Of a stretch of DNA of 64,000 nucleotides, positions 48,974-59,791 are shown piece after piece. The notes under the pieces were generated by a model. It worked only from the letters and a program-made list of their open reading frames with translations. It was not told where the DNA came from and searched no databases. The DNA comes from Planctomycetota bacterium (GTDB lineage: Bacteria; Planctomycetota; UBA8108; SXIK01), in the NCBI GenBank assembly GCA_965223265.1, contig OZ244999.1, positions 480,001 through 544,000 on the forward strand, in the 5' to 3' direction. The translations under genes and the position numbers were made by a program. Each line of letters begins with the position of its first letter. Positions within the stretch are counted from its first letter, which is position 1.

Positions 48974-50038
48974 ATGCTGTCGATTCGTCTCGCCGCCGTT
49001 GGATCCCCATGCATCGTCGCTGCCTTTTGCTTTGTGGTCGGCTGCACTCGGATGGAGACGCAGCAACCGGCGACCCCGGCGGAATCGTCCGCGCCGCCGA
49101 AACAGTCGGGCGCCTCCGTTGGAGGCACCGCGAGCACGAACGCGCCAGTGGATTTCGCCGCCGGGGAAAACGGAACAGGCGAGGACGGAACAGCCGAAGC
49201 GAATGGAACCAGCGTCGAGGCCATTTCCCTACCTGGCGCCAAGACCGTCGAAGGCACCGCGAGTGGGGAGGCACACCGGCCTGTCGTCGAAGCTCCCGCC
49301 TCGGCGGAGTCCACGCCTGCCGAGGTTGCCGTTGGGCACCACGCTAGCTGGACGCGGATACTGAAACAGCACGTCAGCGAGGAGGGTTGGATCGACTACC
49401 GTGCGCTCAGGCAGAGCAGTACTGGCGATCTGGAGGACTATTTGCAGCAACTCGCGACGACCGAATTGGCGGAGCTGTCGACAAAGAATGAACAGATGGC
49501 ATTCTGGATCAACGCCTACAACGCGCTTTGCGTCCGCACGCTGATTGATCATGACTTACCCAAAGAGGTGCCGCACGCGTTCGTCTTCGGCGCGAACATC
49601 TTCAAAGAGAAACGTTATCGCGTTGCCGGCAAGATTCGCCCACTCGACGAAATCGAGCATGAAATCTTGCGACCCAAATTCGCCGACCCACGCGTCCACG
49701 CGGCACTGGTCTGCGGCGCTAGTAGTTGCCCGCGGTTGCGCCCTGAAGCATACGAGGGCGATCGACTCGACCAGCAACTGGATGAGGAAACGCGGCGCTG
49801 GATCGGGTTCGGTAAAGACAAGAAGGGACGGCGAAAGAACGAGCTTGATCGCGCCGCCAAGGTGTTTCGAGCCTCGAAGATTTTCGATTGGTTCGCTGAA
49901 GACTTTGGCGACGGGGAAGCCGGCGTTTTAGCGTTTATCCGTCGCTACGCCTCACCGCAGGATGCCGCTTTCCTGGCTCAAACGAGCGTGCGTCTGAAAT
50001 ACCTCGACTACGACTGGAGTCTCAACAGTCGGCCTTGA
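48974..50038 (+). CDS. DUF547 domain lipoprotein
   Basis: AFWINAYNA, IEHEILR, DPRVHAALVCGASSCP, YDWSLN. Confidence 0.9.
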   Translation: MLSIRLAAVGSPCIVAAFCFVVGCTRMETQQPATPAESSAPPKQSGASVGGTASTNAPVDFAAGENGTGEDGTAEANGTSVEAISLPGAKTVEGTASGEAHRPVVEAPASAESTPAEVAVGHHASWTRILKQHVSEEGWIDYRALRQSSTGDLEDYLQQLATTELAELSTKNEQMAFWINAYNALCVRTLIDHDLPKEVPHAFVFGANIFKEKRYRVAGKIRPLDEIEHEILRPKFADPRVHAALVCGASSCPRLRPEAYEGDRLDQQLDEETRRWIGFGKDKKGRRKNELDRAAKVFRASKIFDWFAEDFGDGEAGVLAFIRRYASPQDAAFLAQTSVRLKYLDYDWSLNSRP

Positions 50039-50248
50039 GCTCAGCCGGACCGCCTTGGCGGCGTTCGTCACTGCTGTGGACAACCGGGTGCAGTCTTTAT
50101 GCAGCGGGTTTTCGAGCGCCGCGGTTTGTTGTAGGCTCAGGTCTTCTCAGAACCCTTCGCAGAGTTGCCGTCACCGAGATCTATGGCCGACCTTCGACTG
50201 GTGGCCATGAGGGCTTGGCCGACGCAACCATCTTCCTGGGAGAACTCT

Positions 50249-51577
50249 ATGTCTTGTCGTATTCACTCGGTCATCCTTGGTTTAGCCTGCGCCTCTCTCT
50301 TCTTTACGTCGTCGCGACTCGTCGCCTACGAAACACCACCAGCCGAACCGGGTTTCGTCTCGCTCTTTGACGGCAAGAACATCGAGGAGCACTTCGTCAT
50401 CAAAGGGGATCGCGCGCAGTGGCGCGTCGAGGATGGCGTCATCGTTTCCTATCCCGGCGGCGATCGACTCATGTCCAAGGAGGTTTATAGCGACTTCGTG
50501 CTCCGCCTCGACTGGAAGGTCGGCAAGAACGGTAACAGCGGTGTGTTCATCCGCGTGCCGTCACAGGAAGATCGGGCGCCATGGACAACCGGGTTCGAAG
50601 TGCAGATCAGTAACGCCTACCGCGACAACTATCACTACACTGGCTCGGTTTATGGCGTCGCGCCGGTGAATCCGCGGCCCGACGCCACCGCCGACGAGTG
50701 GCACAGCTTCGAGATCATGTGTCTTCGCACATACGTTCGCGTCAAGGTTGACGGCACCGTTTGCGTTGAGATGAGCTACGACGATCCGAACTATGCTGCG
50801 GCGATGCGTTCACGTGGGCTTGCTGGATATATCGGCCTGCAGGACTCACACGTCGGCAAGGAGCACAAAGACCTGACGATTTCCTACCGTAACATTCGCA
50901 TCCAGCGTCTGACTGCGGATGGCGTCGCGGAAGGCTTCGAGCCACTGACGACAAAGTCGCAGGGGTGGCGCAAGATCGAAACCGGGCATGGCAGTGGCGG
51001 GCGCTGGCGCCACAGCGGGCGGATCTGGAGCGGCGAGCAAGATCCGCCAGGCAGCGGTAACGGCGGTGTCTTGCTTAGCGAACGGCGCTTCCAAGACTTT
51101 GAAGTCATCTTCGAAACCTATCCTGATTGGGGCGTGTGCAGCGGTTTCTTTCTGCGTTCCACCGAGAAAGGTGCCTGCTATCAGATCATGATTGACCACC
51201 ACGGTCGCGGCAACATCGGTGGCCTTTACGGTGAAGGTACCGGTGGATTCAACGTGCGCAGCTACAACCTCCAGCCCGATCGCACGATCGTCCCGGCACC
51301 GCCGGAAAGCGCCGGAGCGATTGCGCTGCCGTTTCCGGCGAGCCAGTTCGGGCGCTACTGGGACTTCCAGGGGTTCAATGAAATCCGTGCTCGATGTGTG
51401 GGCAATCCGCCCACGATCGAGGTATGGCTGAACGGCGCTTACGTGACGCGCTTTAAGGACGATCAAGTTCGCCTCGAGGAACCCGGTGGGCTTGGCCTCC
51501 AGGTTCACGGCGGGAACGGCTGGCCAGAAGGGGCTAAGGTCAGGTTTCGGAACGTCCAGGTGCGTGAGCTACGATGA
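50249..51577 (+). CDS. Tandem DUF1080 (3-keto-disaccharide hydrolase) protein
   Basis: SLFDGK, NSGVF, EVQI, GYIGLQ.H, RNIRI; second domain with GLQVHG, FRNV. Confidence 0.9.
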   Translation: MSCRIHSVILGLACASLFFTSSRLVAYETPPAEPGFVSLFDGKNIEEHFVIKGDRAQWRVEDGVIVSYPGGDRLMSKEVYSDFVLRLDWKVGKNGNSGVFIRVPSQEDRAPWTTGFEVQISNAYRDNYHYTGSVYGVAPVNPRPDATADEWHSFEIMCLRTYVRVKVDGTVCVEMSYDDPNYAAAMRSRGLAGYIGLQDSHVGKEHKDLTISYRNIRIQRLTADGVAEGFEPLTTKSQGWRKIETGHGSGGRWRHSGRIWSGEQDPPGSGNGGVLLSERRFQDFEVIFETYPDWGVCSGFFLRSTEKGACYQIMIDHHGRGNIGGLYGEGTGGFNVRSYNLQPDRTIVPAPPESAGAIALPFPASQFGRYWDFQGFNEIRARCVGNPPTIEVWLNGAYVTRFKDDQVRLEEPGGLGLQVHGGNGWPEGAKVRFRNVQVRELR

Positions 51578-51634
51578 GTCGCGCCCGCGGAGTCGCAGCG
51601 AGCATCGGGTTGATCGTGAGGCGGAGCTAGTTCA

Positions 51635-52525
51635 ATGGGTGTGCCAAAATTCGAACCGGGGACAGACCTGGCGCAGTTCCACGAGCCGGTGGGGGAGCTG
51701 CTCTCGGCTGCGGAACGCACCGGAGCACATGAGCGCTATCAGCTCACGGAGGCGCAGCTTGCTGCCTACGACGAGCAAGGGTTTGTCAGTGGTGTGCGGG
51801 TTCTCTCCGACGAGCAGATCGATATGCTGCGTGACGAGTGTAGCGCTCTGACGGCTACGTCGCATCCCGGTCACGAGCTTTTCTACGAGTACAACTCGAA
51901 CGAGTCGACGGACCCGTCAAAGGTTCTCTTTCATGCCCTCGGCGCCTGGCGGATCGCCCCGGGGTTGCACGACATTCTTTGGCACCCGGCGTTCACCGTT
52001 GCGGCGTCGCAGCTACTCAGAGGCGGCGTGCGTTTTTGGCACGACCAACTGTTCTGTAAGCCTGCGTTCGATGGAGGTGTCGTGGCGTGGCACCAGGATT
52101 ACTCGTATTGGCAGCGCACCGAGCCAATGGCTCACCTGACGTGCTGGATTGCGCTCGACGACGCCACGACGGAAAACGGCTGCATCCACTATGTTCCGGG
52201 AAGCCATCGCTGGGAGCTTCTACCGATCACCGGGCTGGCAGGCGACATGGATGCGATCCAATCGGTGCTGTCGCCGTCGCAGCGGCGCGAGTTTCAGCCG
52301 GTCGCTATCGAGCTCAGGCGCGGCGAAGCCACGTTCCACCATCCCCTTATGGTGCATGGATCGTTTGAGAATCGTAGCCCGCGCCCCCGCCGCGCAGTGG
52401 TCCTCAACGCGTTTCGCGACGGCGTCCGCTCCGCTTCTTCGGAGGCCTTGCTGGCGGGGGTGCCGCCGATCGCGGCCGGCGAACGGATGGAGGGGATGTT
52501 CTTTCCCCTGCTTTTGGACCGATAG
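51635..52525 (+). CDS. Phytanoyl-CoA dioxygenase (PhyH) family protein
   Basis: WHQD, WIALDD, NGC..YVPGSH, HGS.EN. Confidence 0.92.
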   Translation: MGVPKFEPGTDLAQFHEPVGELLSAAERTGAHERYQLTEAQLAAYDEQGFVSGVRVLSDEQIDMLRDECSALTATSHPGHELFYEYNSNESTDPSKVLFHALGAWRIAPGLHDILWHPAFTVAASQLLRGGVRFWHDQLFCKPAFDGGVVAWHQDYSYWQRTEPMAHLTCWIALDDATTENGCIHYVPGSHRWELLPITGLAGDMDAIQSVLSPSQRREFQPVAIELRRGEATFHHPLMVHGSFENRSPRPRRAVVLNAFRDGVRSASSEALLAGVPPIAAGERMEGMFFPLLLDR

Positions 52526-52641
52526 CAGAGTAGGCGGTAGGATGGGAGCGTCGATCTGCTGAGCTCCGGCCGGGGGCGACATGATCTTCGCGCGGCGTTT
52601 TTTTCTGCTGAGCCTGTCTACGCACGGCTTTCCGACTGCGA

Positions 52642-52689
52642 TCGAGTCACCCTGTCGAGTCACCCTGTCGAGTCACCCTGTCGAGTCAC
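52642..52689 (+). repeat. 13-bp tandem repeat (TCGAGTCACCCTG) x 3.7
   Basis: Read directly; ends 3 nt before ATG 52693. Confidence 0.93.
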
Positions 52690-52692
52690 ACC

Positions 52693-52980
52693 ATGCCGCT
52701 TTACGAATATGTTCCCTTAGGTGATACCTGCCCACACTGCATTGGCGGTTTTGAAACACTTCAAAAACCAGATGAATCGCCACTCGAAAGCTGCCCAGTG
52801 TGCGGCAACCCCTGCGAACAGGTGCTGTCGAATTTCAGTGTCGGTGGATCGCCGAAGTCGACACTGAGCCCCAAGAATCTTGAGAAAGCTGGATTCACGC
52901 AATACGTCAAGAAGGGGAAAGGGTACTACGAGAAGACGGCGGGGGCAGGACCGCAAGGGATCGTCGATGGCTCAAAGTGA
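52693..52980 (+). CDS. FmdB-family zinc ribbon protein
   Basis: MPLYEY, CPHC, CPVCG. Confidence 0.88.
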   Translation: MPLYEYVPLGDTCPHCIGGFETLQKPDESPLESCPVCGNPCEQVLSNFSVGGSPKSTLSPKNLEKAGFTQYVKKGKGYYEKTAGAGPQGIVDGSK

Positions 52981-53437
52981 GGGGTGAGTCGTTTCGTAGC
53001 GGCTGCACCGTTATCGCCTGGAAAGTGTCTTCACTGCGACGGGCTCAGAAACGCTTGTCCTCAGGCTCGATCGGCGGCTTCGGGGCGTCGCGGCGGATTG
53101 CACGTTTGGTGACGTCCGCCGATGTGACGTGTCGACCAATTCGCACCATCGGCCGAACCGCGCCTATGGTGACCCGCGTCCCCCACGCGCCCACGCCCAC
53201 GGCGTTGAAGCGTTTCTCATTTGCGACAATGGGGACGGGCTGGAGGGGGAGAACTTCTAACGTTTCTCGTCAGACCGTGGTTCGCGCAGCCATTCAGGGG
53301 AAATCTGACGAGAAAAACGGCAGAGCCGGTTGTATGTTGTCAGCAGTCGCATGTCCGCTGCGGTGATCGACACGTGGTGTGGAGCCTCTGCGCCTGGCCT
53401 CACCTAGCCGCGGGTCCTGTCCACTCGGCCGTCCTTC

Positions 53438-55108
53438 GTGGCGCGGTTCACCTCACCCTTTCTTGGGAGTCCGCCTGTGCAAATCACGTCTTTCGCGGTC
53501 GTGCTAGCGCTCTTCGGAGCCTCTGAGTGGAGCCAGGTCCAACAAACGTTCGTCCACGCGGTTGAGCAGTATGTGAGCATTGTCAAACGGCACGGGAGAT
53601 TGTCAGGTCAGTCGGGCGCGCTCGCGGTTGGCGCCGCACGGGGCGCACTTGACACAGCCGCTGCTGCCGCGTTCTCTCCTGAGACCGCTGGCCCGCCACT
53701 CGCTTCGCGCATAGCAACGTTGTTGCCCGTCGTCGACCGTCTGGCACCGGAGCAGTATGCCGGGCTGTATGACGTGCTTCGGCAGCGGAGCGAGCAAGCG
53801 TTTGCAGCGCTCACCCCAGACGACGCTACTGCCTTCGAAGCGTATGCGCACAAGCTTTGGGGCGCCAAGACCAAAAAGCGCGCCGCGCCGACGGCCATGC
53901 AGCGGATGATCTTCGCCGACCATGTGGACGTTGCCATTCAGCGTGCTGTAGAGAAGCGTCCATTCATCGAAACCGTCCGGTGGATTCTCGAGCGCGAGAC
54001 TGCCTGGATCAAGGCGACGCCGTCGAAACCGGTGTCGCTGCGGCGGGCGCTCAAATTGCTCAAGAATGAACCAGAGTCGGCAAGTATCTATCCAGTGTTG
54101 GACGCTCTAGACGCCGTTTATCGTTTTGGCTCTGTGGCTGACGTCAACGCTGCACTCGATCCGTTCGTCTCCGTTCTGATCGAGCTTCTGGGGAAGCTTG
54201 AAATCCGTGTCAAGTCTTCCGACGGGACGGTTCTCGACGCCGATGACGAGCGCAGTGTCGCGCAGTACACCGTTTGGTTTCGAGTCTCCCGAATCCTGCG
54301 TCGCTGGACGGGGCGCGACCTCGTTTGGTCTGAGGACTGGAGGAACTTCTGGTCACGATTCTCCGGGGAGGCGAACGCGCGCTTCGACTATCACGCCGTC
54401 AACGCCCAGAGGGTGGGAGTCAGTCGTACGAAAGTGGTGCGACAGCCATCGGCAAGCTTCTTTGGTATCGAAGCGAAGACATCGAAGGTACTGCTTCTCG
54501 TTGATCTCTCGGGTTCGATGAATGCTGGCGGCAACCCGCGTGGCGAGGATCGACTTGCGGCGCTAAAAACGGAAGTGACGAAGTTTATCAAGGAGCTCAG
54601 GCCGGGTGTTCACTACAACATTCTTCCTTTCAGCTCGGAGTGTGATATCCGCACGAGTTTCACGAAAAGTCACGTGCCTTTCGCCAAGAGGGTTCCACGC
54701 GGTGAGATGAGCAGCGAAGCAGTCGACTGGCTCAACGCCCTCGTGGCCGATGGCCTCACGCGGGTTGACCTGGCGTTTGAGACAGCGTTCAGACAGGGAG
54801 AGAAGAACGAACCGAACAAGCCGGTGATCACAGGGCGGGTTCGGCCTCGCTTCAGCGAGATCTACTTTCTTACCGACGGATCGCCGACCGACTGGACAGG
54901 CGCTGTGCTCGATGCCGAGGCGCGCGCAGCTCTTGTCGAGAGGATTACCGCGATGAATGCGCGCCACCGCGTGATCATTCACACCATCGGCTACAGCGGC
55001 ATGAACTCGAGTTTTCTGCGCGCGATCGCTGCGGCCAATGGCGGCACCGTGCGTATGATCGCTGGCGTGGTGCCGCCCCCTCCACAGCCACCTCCGCAAG
55101 CGCCTTGA
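53438..55108 (+). CDS. vWA-domain protein (start uncertain)
   Basis: FFGI, DLSGSM, YFLTDG.P, IHTIG, LRAIAAANGG. Confidence 0.82.
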   Translation: MARFTSPFLGSPPVQITSFAVVLALFGASEWSQVQQTFVHAVEQYVSIVKRHGRLSGQSGALAVGAARGALDTAAAAAFSPETAGPPLASRIATLLPVVDRLAPEQYAGLYDVLRQRSEQAFAALTPDDATAFEAYAHKLWGAKTKKRAAPTAMQRMIFADHVDVAIQRAVEKRPFIETVRWILERETAWIKATPSKPVSLRRALKLLKNEPESASIYPVLDALDAVYRFGSVADVNAALDPFVSVLIELLGKLEIRVKSSDGTVLDADDERSVAQYTVWFRVSRILRRWTGRDLVWSEDWRNFWSRFSGEANARFDYHAVNAQRVGVSRTKVVRQPSASFFGIEAKTSKVLLLVDLSGSMNAGGNPRGEDRLAALKTEVTKFIKELRPGVHYNILPFSSECDIRTSFTKSHVPFAKRVPRGEMSSEAVDWLNALVADGLTRVDLAFETAFRQGEKNEPNKPVITGRVRPRFSEIYFLTDGSPTDWTGAVLDAEARAALVERITAMNARHRVIIHTIGYSGMNSSFLRAIAAANGGTVRMIAGVVPPPPQPPPQAP

Positions 55109-55556
55109 CGACTTGACGGTACCAGCGGCCGCGGCGCTGCTTCGGCCGTTCGCGCAGCGTCGCGCGGTTTGATGGGCGATCGCCACACTGCGCTGGGGGT
55201 GTGTGGTCCGTGTCCCTCACGTGGGGACGGGCGGGGCGCGCGACGGCGCTCTGCGGCGGCTCCTGCGAAGGGAGCACCGGTCACTGGTTGGAGGCAGCGC
55301 TCTGCCGCGGAGTGTTGCCAAAAAATAAGAGGCCGGCTGAGTACGTGACTCGCCGACCTCCGGGGCAGTTGTGGGCTGTTTTGGATGAGCTGTTGAGCTC
55401 GAGTAGCTGAACTATTTCTAACATTGGCATCTGGTGGAGTCAAACGAAAAAGAGGTGTTGCTGCACAATTTGCAGGCAGCAGAAGGGGGTTGTTTTGGTG
55501 TTTTATGTTATGTCTTCGTGTTTTTATCGACGGCGGACTCGCCGGTTCAGGGATTG

Positions 55557-56561
55557 CTAGGGCTGCGACTCGTCCTTAGTTTTCTGCGGCGGAGGAAGCG
55601 GTGGAGGGCCTGGCGACCGGGGAACCGCCGGAGGCGGCGTCTTCGGCGCCGTCGTCGAGACAAGGTCGCCTGTCTGGACCGCCTCGGTCATCTCGACGAT
55701 TCGTGCTGCCGCCAGGGATCTGTTGGCATCGACGCGGTAGACGGTGGCACGAGCGACCTGTTGCCCACCACGCGTGATCCATACGGTTTGGCCTTGCGTG
55801 AGGTTGGGGACGTTTTCCACCGCGATCCGGTGGTCCTCAATCGCGGCGACCCGGGCCGGTCCGCTCGGCGTGGCCGCTCGTGGAGTTTCTTCCAGCTGCA
55901 GGATGCGTGCATGGAGGCCGCGCAGTTCATCGGTTAGTTGCGTCAATTGCGAGTTCATTGCCTCGAGAAGGTCGGCGGTCTCAGGGTTTGGCGGAGGAGC
56001 CGTGTTCGCGCTCAGGGTGTCGTAGCGCTCGTCTAGATTCTGGAGCTCGCCGCCCATGGACTCGACAGCTGCGCCGAGTTCGCCGACGAGGCGCTCCACG
56101 TCCGACTGGCTTGTCTCGATTCGGTCGATGGCCTCGGCGTGCTTGGCCCCACGCCGCGTGGCGGCCGCTCGCTCGCGAAGCGACGCTTCTCGAGCCGACA
56201 CAAGCTCTGCCTGCAGCGCTTCGATCCTAGCCATGACTGCCGCCGCATCCGGTCCCTCGAGCGGAGGCTCATGGCCGTTCAAATGCAGGTCACGCAGCGC
56301 ATGGGCATCATTCTTGCCAGGGGCAGACGCCTTGAGACTGTCCTGCAGTTGTTTGACGAGCTCGATCACGGCCTGTGTGATCTCACTCTGTTGGCGCATG
56401 CTCTCGGACAGCACGTCACGAAGAGGGTTTTCTGGCTCCTGAAAAGCGACCTCTCTGGTCGGCTCGCGATGGCGACGCACGTGGTCGTAGAGAACGACCG
56501 CTACGGCGATTGAGAAGAGCCATGTGAAACCTAAGACGACGGTGAGGAAGAACCGATTCAT
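55557..56561 (-). CDS. Membrane-anchored coiled-coil hypothetical protein
   Basis: N-terminal TM, heptad-rich middle, small C-terminal beta domain, Pro-rich tail. Confidence 0.75.
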   Translation of the reverse strand: MNRFFLTVVLGFTWLFSIAVAVVLYDHVRRHREPTREVAFQEPENPLRDVLSESMRQQSEITQAVIELVKQLQDSLKASAPGKNDAHALRDLHLNGHEPPLEGPDAAAVMARIEALQAELVSAREASLRERAAATRRGAKHAEAIDRIETSQSDVERLVGELGAAVESMGGELQNLDERYDTLSANTAPPPNPETADLLEAMNSQLTQLTDELRGLHARILQLEETPRAATPSGPARVAAIEDHRIAVENVPNLTQGQTVWITRGGQQVARATVYRVDANRSLAAARIVEMTEAVQTGDLVSTTAPKTPPPAVPRSPGPPPLPPPQKTKDESQP

Positions 56562-56609
56562 GACATCCAGCTTCTGTGGCGACCCTCCGTCTGACTCAAC
56601 TCGAGCCAA

Positions 56610-56779
56610 CAGCCTGTTCGAAAAAGTGCTTCGAGCCGAAAATTGGTCTCTTCACGTCCCGATCGGCTGCGGCGAACGCAGGGTAACCTCCGAGCCCTCT
56701 TCTATGGATCGACGGTGAGCGGTCGAGCTGGGGCGCGAAGACGCCAGTTCTCCGGCCGAATGACTCTTTCAACTGGCTG
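56610..56779. mobile_element. MITE-like element, copy B (inverted relative to copy A)
   Basis: Ends CAGCCTGTTCGAAAAAGT...ACTCTTTCAACTGGCTG; its reverse complement shares GAAGAGACCA.TTTTCGGCTCGAA.CACTTTTTCG and AGTCATTCGGCCG with copy A. Confidence 0.75.
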
Positions 56780-56975
56780 CTCACCACGAGACAGCGCCCC
56801 GTGCCGCACCATAGCAAGTGTACCTGCGACGTCGCGCAATTTGCTACCTCGGCGCTGTTCGCAGGATGTTTGCGGTGACGTGTCGACGGCTCATACTGAA
56901 CGCGGACACTGTCGTGGAGGAAGGCGGTCGCGCGCCGAAATCTGCGTTCGGGTCTCGTTTGAGTCGGTCGACCTG

Positions 56976-57893
56976 CTAGCCAATCCGACCGGGCGAAAAG
57001 AGGAGAGCAGCGCCACCAGCCGCACCGGCGCGACTGCCAAGCTCGGAGGGCGTTACGAGCATTCGATCAGAGACCGTCGGCGCGACGTGCTCAGCCAATG
57101 AATCTCTCAGGTCTGACTCGAAGAAACGAAACGCGGAGGCTACAGAGCCCCCGAGGATGATCGCCGCCGGGTCGATCACCGACGCAATCACCGCGAGGCC
57201 ACGGCCGACGTCTGCGCCGAAGGCGCTTAGGGCAGCCACAGCCACTTCGTCACCCGTCGCTGCGAGCGCGGCGATTTCTCGAGCGCTCTTGTGGCAGGCA
57301 GCTCGCTCCTCATAGTGACGTGCGACGCCGCTGCCGGAGAGTAGCTCGTCGAAGTTGCGGCCGAGAAGCGGCGCCTTGTACAGTTCTCCAGCGTTGAATG
57401 TCGCGCCCTCCAGGATGCGCCGTTCGATCACAATTCCGCATCCGCATCCGGTTCCAAGGGTGACGCCGACGACGACGTTGTGGCCTCGACCTGCTCCGAA
57501 GAGCGCCTCCGCGAGCGCAAACGCGTTGGCGTCGTTGGTAAACTCCGCGGGCACGTTGTAGCGGTCGTAGAGCGCGTCCTTGAGCGGGAAGTAATAGAGA
57601 TTCGGAAGTGTCTCAGGCTCGTAGTAGGCTCCATTGACGACGTCGAGAGGCCCGGTCGTTCCGATCCCGATCCCGGCGAGCTCGTCCACACGGCAGTGCG
57701 CGTGAGCCGTGGTGTCGTCGATCAAGTCGAAAAGATTCGCCAACGTGGCCGCTTGTGGTCCCTCAGCCGCTGTAGCGCAGCTACGAACTTCACCGTAAAG
57801 CTGACCGTTTGCGTCGAAAAGACCAGCGCGTATGTTCGTACCGCCAAGATCGATGCCGAGGGCGCAGAGGCTAGGATTGATAGAGGAGGGCAT
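56976..57893 (-). CDS. ROK family sugar kinase
   Basis: GIDLGGTN, NDANAFALAE, TLGTGCGCG, GGSV. Confidence 0.92.
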   Translation of the reverse strand: MPSSINPSLCALGIDLGGTNIRAGLFDANGQLYGEVRSCATAAEGPQAATLANLFDLIDDTTAHAHCRVDELAGIGIGTTGPLDVVNGAYYEPETLPNLYYFPLKDALYDRYNVPAEFTNDANAFALAEALFGAGRGHNVVVGVTLGTGCGCGIVIERRILEGATFNAGELYKAPLLGRNFDELLSGSGVARHYEERAACHKSAREIAALAATGDEVAVAALSAFGADVGRGLAVIASVIDPAAIILGGSVASAFRFFESDLRDSLAEHVAPTVSDRMLVTPSELGSRAGAAGGAALLFSPGRIG

Positions 57894-57997
57894 TGGGTCT
57901 CAAACGCTATGAACTCGGAACGCACGGAGGTCGAGGTCAGCGCCGAGCGTCGCCTTGCAGGCTATATCGACGGTGCTCGAGCCTTAGTAGGCGAGCG

Positions 57998-59419
57998 TCA
58001 ATCGAGGAGCTTAACGATCACCTGAAGAAAAATGAATGCGGCGGACAAATCACAGAGCATGGTTACGAACGGACCTGAGGCAATCGCGGGATCGATCTTT
58101 GTCATGCGGCACAGAACTGGAACGACCGCGCCGACTAGCGCCGCGAAGACCATTGAGACACAGAGGCCGATCGCAAACGCTGGGATCAACTCCCTGGCTT
58201 GACTCACCGACATCGACGCGTCGGAAGACTGCAGGAGCGCGGGATAGGCGAGGAAGACGATAGAGATGACGATCGACATCACAACCGCGATGCCCGTGCC
58301 GATGAGGAACTCGTGCGTCAGAGCTTTCCAGCTGCGCTGCAAGTTGATCTCGCCGGTTGTCAAACCGCGCACCATGACGGTCGACGTGACAATCGCGACG
58401 TTGCCCGAGAGCGCACAAAGAAGTGGAATCGCGGTGAGCGTCAAAACGAGATGGCTTGGGCTTAGATCGTGCTCAAAATAGGGGCGCAGAAGCATGATGC
58501 CGAGTCCGCCGATCATCGTCAGAGAGAGGAAGGGAAGGCGCTTCCAGACACCGGCTGTGACGGACTCGTAGTAAGGGTGTACGGCGATCGTCCCAGCCAT
58601 GCGCAGCATGTCTTCCGAGTGCTCTTCCTCGACCGCATCGAGAATGTCGTCAACCGTGACGATGCCGCGAATCTCTCCCTCGTTGTCAATCACGGGGACG
58701 ACGCTGAGATTGTACTTGTTGGCGACCTGTGCGACTTCCTCCTGGTCCGTGAGGAGATTGACGGTGATCGGATCTGTCACCATGTACTGCCGGATAGGAG
58801 TGGAGGGTTGCGCGCGCAAGATATCTCGAATCGACACGACGCCGAGAAGTTTCGCCGGTTTCTCAACCAGGTAGACGTAGGAAATGACTTCGGCGTCGAG
58901 ATTGCCCTGGATCTCGGTCAATGCTTGCTTACTTGTGACATCGACCGAGAGCGTCAGGAAATCCGTCGTCATCATTCCGCCCGCGACGTCGGGAGGAAAC
59001 TGAGAGAGTGCCTCGACATCACGAGCCTCATCCGGCTCGAGCTCGGCGAGGACGATGGCCTTTTCTTCGGCGGGCAGCTGTTCGATGTGATCAACGATGT
59101 CGTCGACCGACATCTCTCCGAGCACCGAGGCCTTCTCCTCGGTCGAGATTCCGTCCAGAATCTCGTCATGACTTTGCTGGTCGGTCTCCTCGATGATGAC
59201 GCCCCGCGCTTCGTCGCTGGGAAGCGAGCGGAAAATGAGGATCTTGTCCTCTTCAGAGAAGTCTTCGAGGATCGCAGCAACGTCTTCCGGAGCGACTTTC
59301 TTGAGAATGACACCGAGGTTCTCGCGTGAGGGCGTGCCAACTCCGAACAATGCTGCGAGATTCTCGCGCAAAGCGGTAGCTCGGTCGTCGTTGAGAGAGG
59401 GCTGCGTCTTAGGGTCCAT
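57998..59419 (-). CDS. mgtE: Magnesium transporter MgtE
   Basis: N-domain, CBS pair (AGGMMT, GIVTVDD), KRLPFL, GN, DPAIASGPFVT...D. Confidence 0.95.
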   Translation of the reverse strand: MDPKTQPSLNDDRATALRENLAALFGVGTPSRENLGVILKKVAPEDVAAILEDFSEEDKILIFRSLPSDEARGVIIEETDQQSHDEILDGISTEEKASVLGEMSVDDIVDHIEQLPAEEKAIVLAELEPDEARDVEALSQFPPDVAGGMMTTDFLTLSVDVTSKQALTEIQGNLDAEVISYVYLVEKPAKLLGVVSIRDILRAQPSTPIRQYMVTDPITVNLLTDQEEVAQVANKYNLSVVPVIDNEGEIRGIVTVDDILDAVEEEHSEDMLRMAGTIAVHPYYESVTAGVWKRLPFLSLTMIGGLGIMLLRPYFEHDLSPSHLVLTLTAIPLLCALSGNVAIVTSTVMVRGLTTGEINLQRSWKALTHEFLIGTGIAVVMSIVISIVFLAYPALLQSSDASMSVSQARELIPAFAIGLCVSMVFAALVGAVVPVLCRMTKIDPAIASGPFVTMLCDLSAAFIFLQVIVKLLD

Positions 59420-59791
59420 TCTTCGCTGTAGAATGAGCGCGATCTGCTTGAGGGTGCGGCGACGGAATCGCTTTCATCGCGGATGGTCTGCGAGGAGTCA
59501 AGGCTTTTTGTTCAACACGCTTCGCGCCCTGTTCTTCACCGCGAAGTGCGGTGAATATCGTGTCCGACTTCTGTCGTTCGCGTGAGCCGCGGAGTTTTCG
59601 CGTAACGATCTCTTTCCCGGCCCAGGCTTGCCTGGGTCGTCTGTTGCAGACATTGGTCGATCGATCCGACATGGTTTGACGGGCGTTCGTAGGGCAGCGT
59701 TTACTTGCTTCGGCATCAATACTCGGGATCGACGCCGAGCGGCGACGCTTCGGGCGGCGGCCTGGGTCTCTTCTGCCCACGGCCGTTCGCT

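Noticed and set aside
59420-59790. Mg2+ (M-box) riboswitch upstream of mgtE
   Set aside because: No conserved motif recognisable by eye; would need an Rfam scan.
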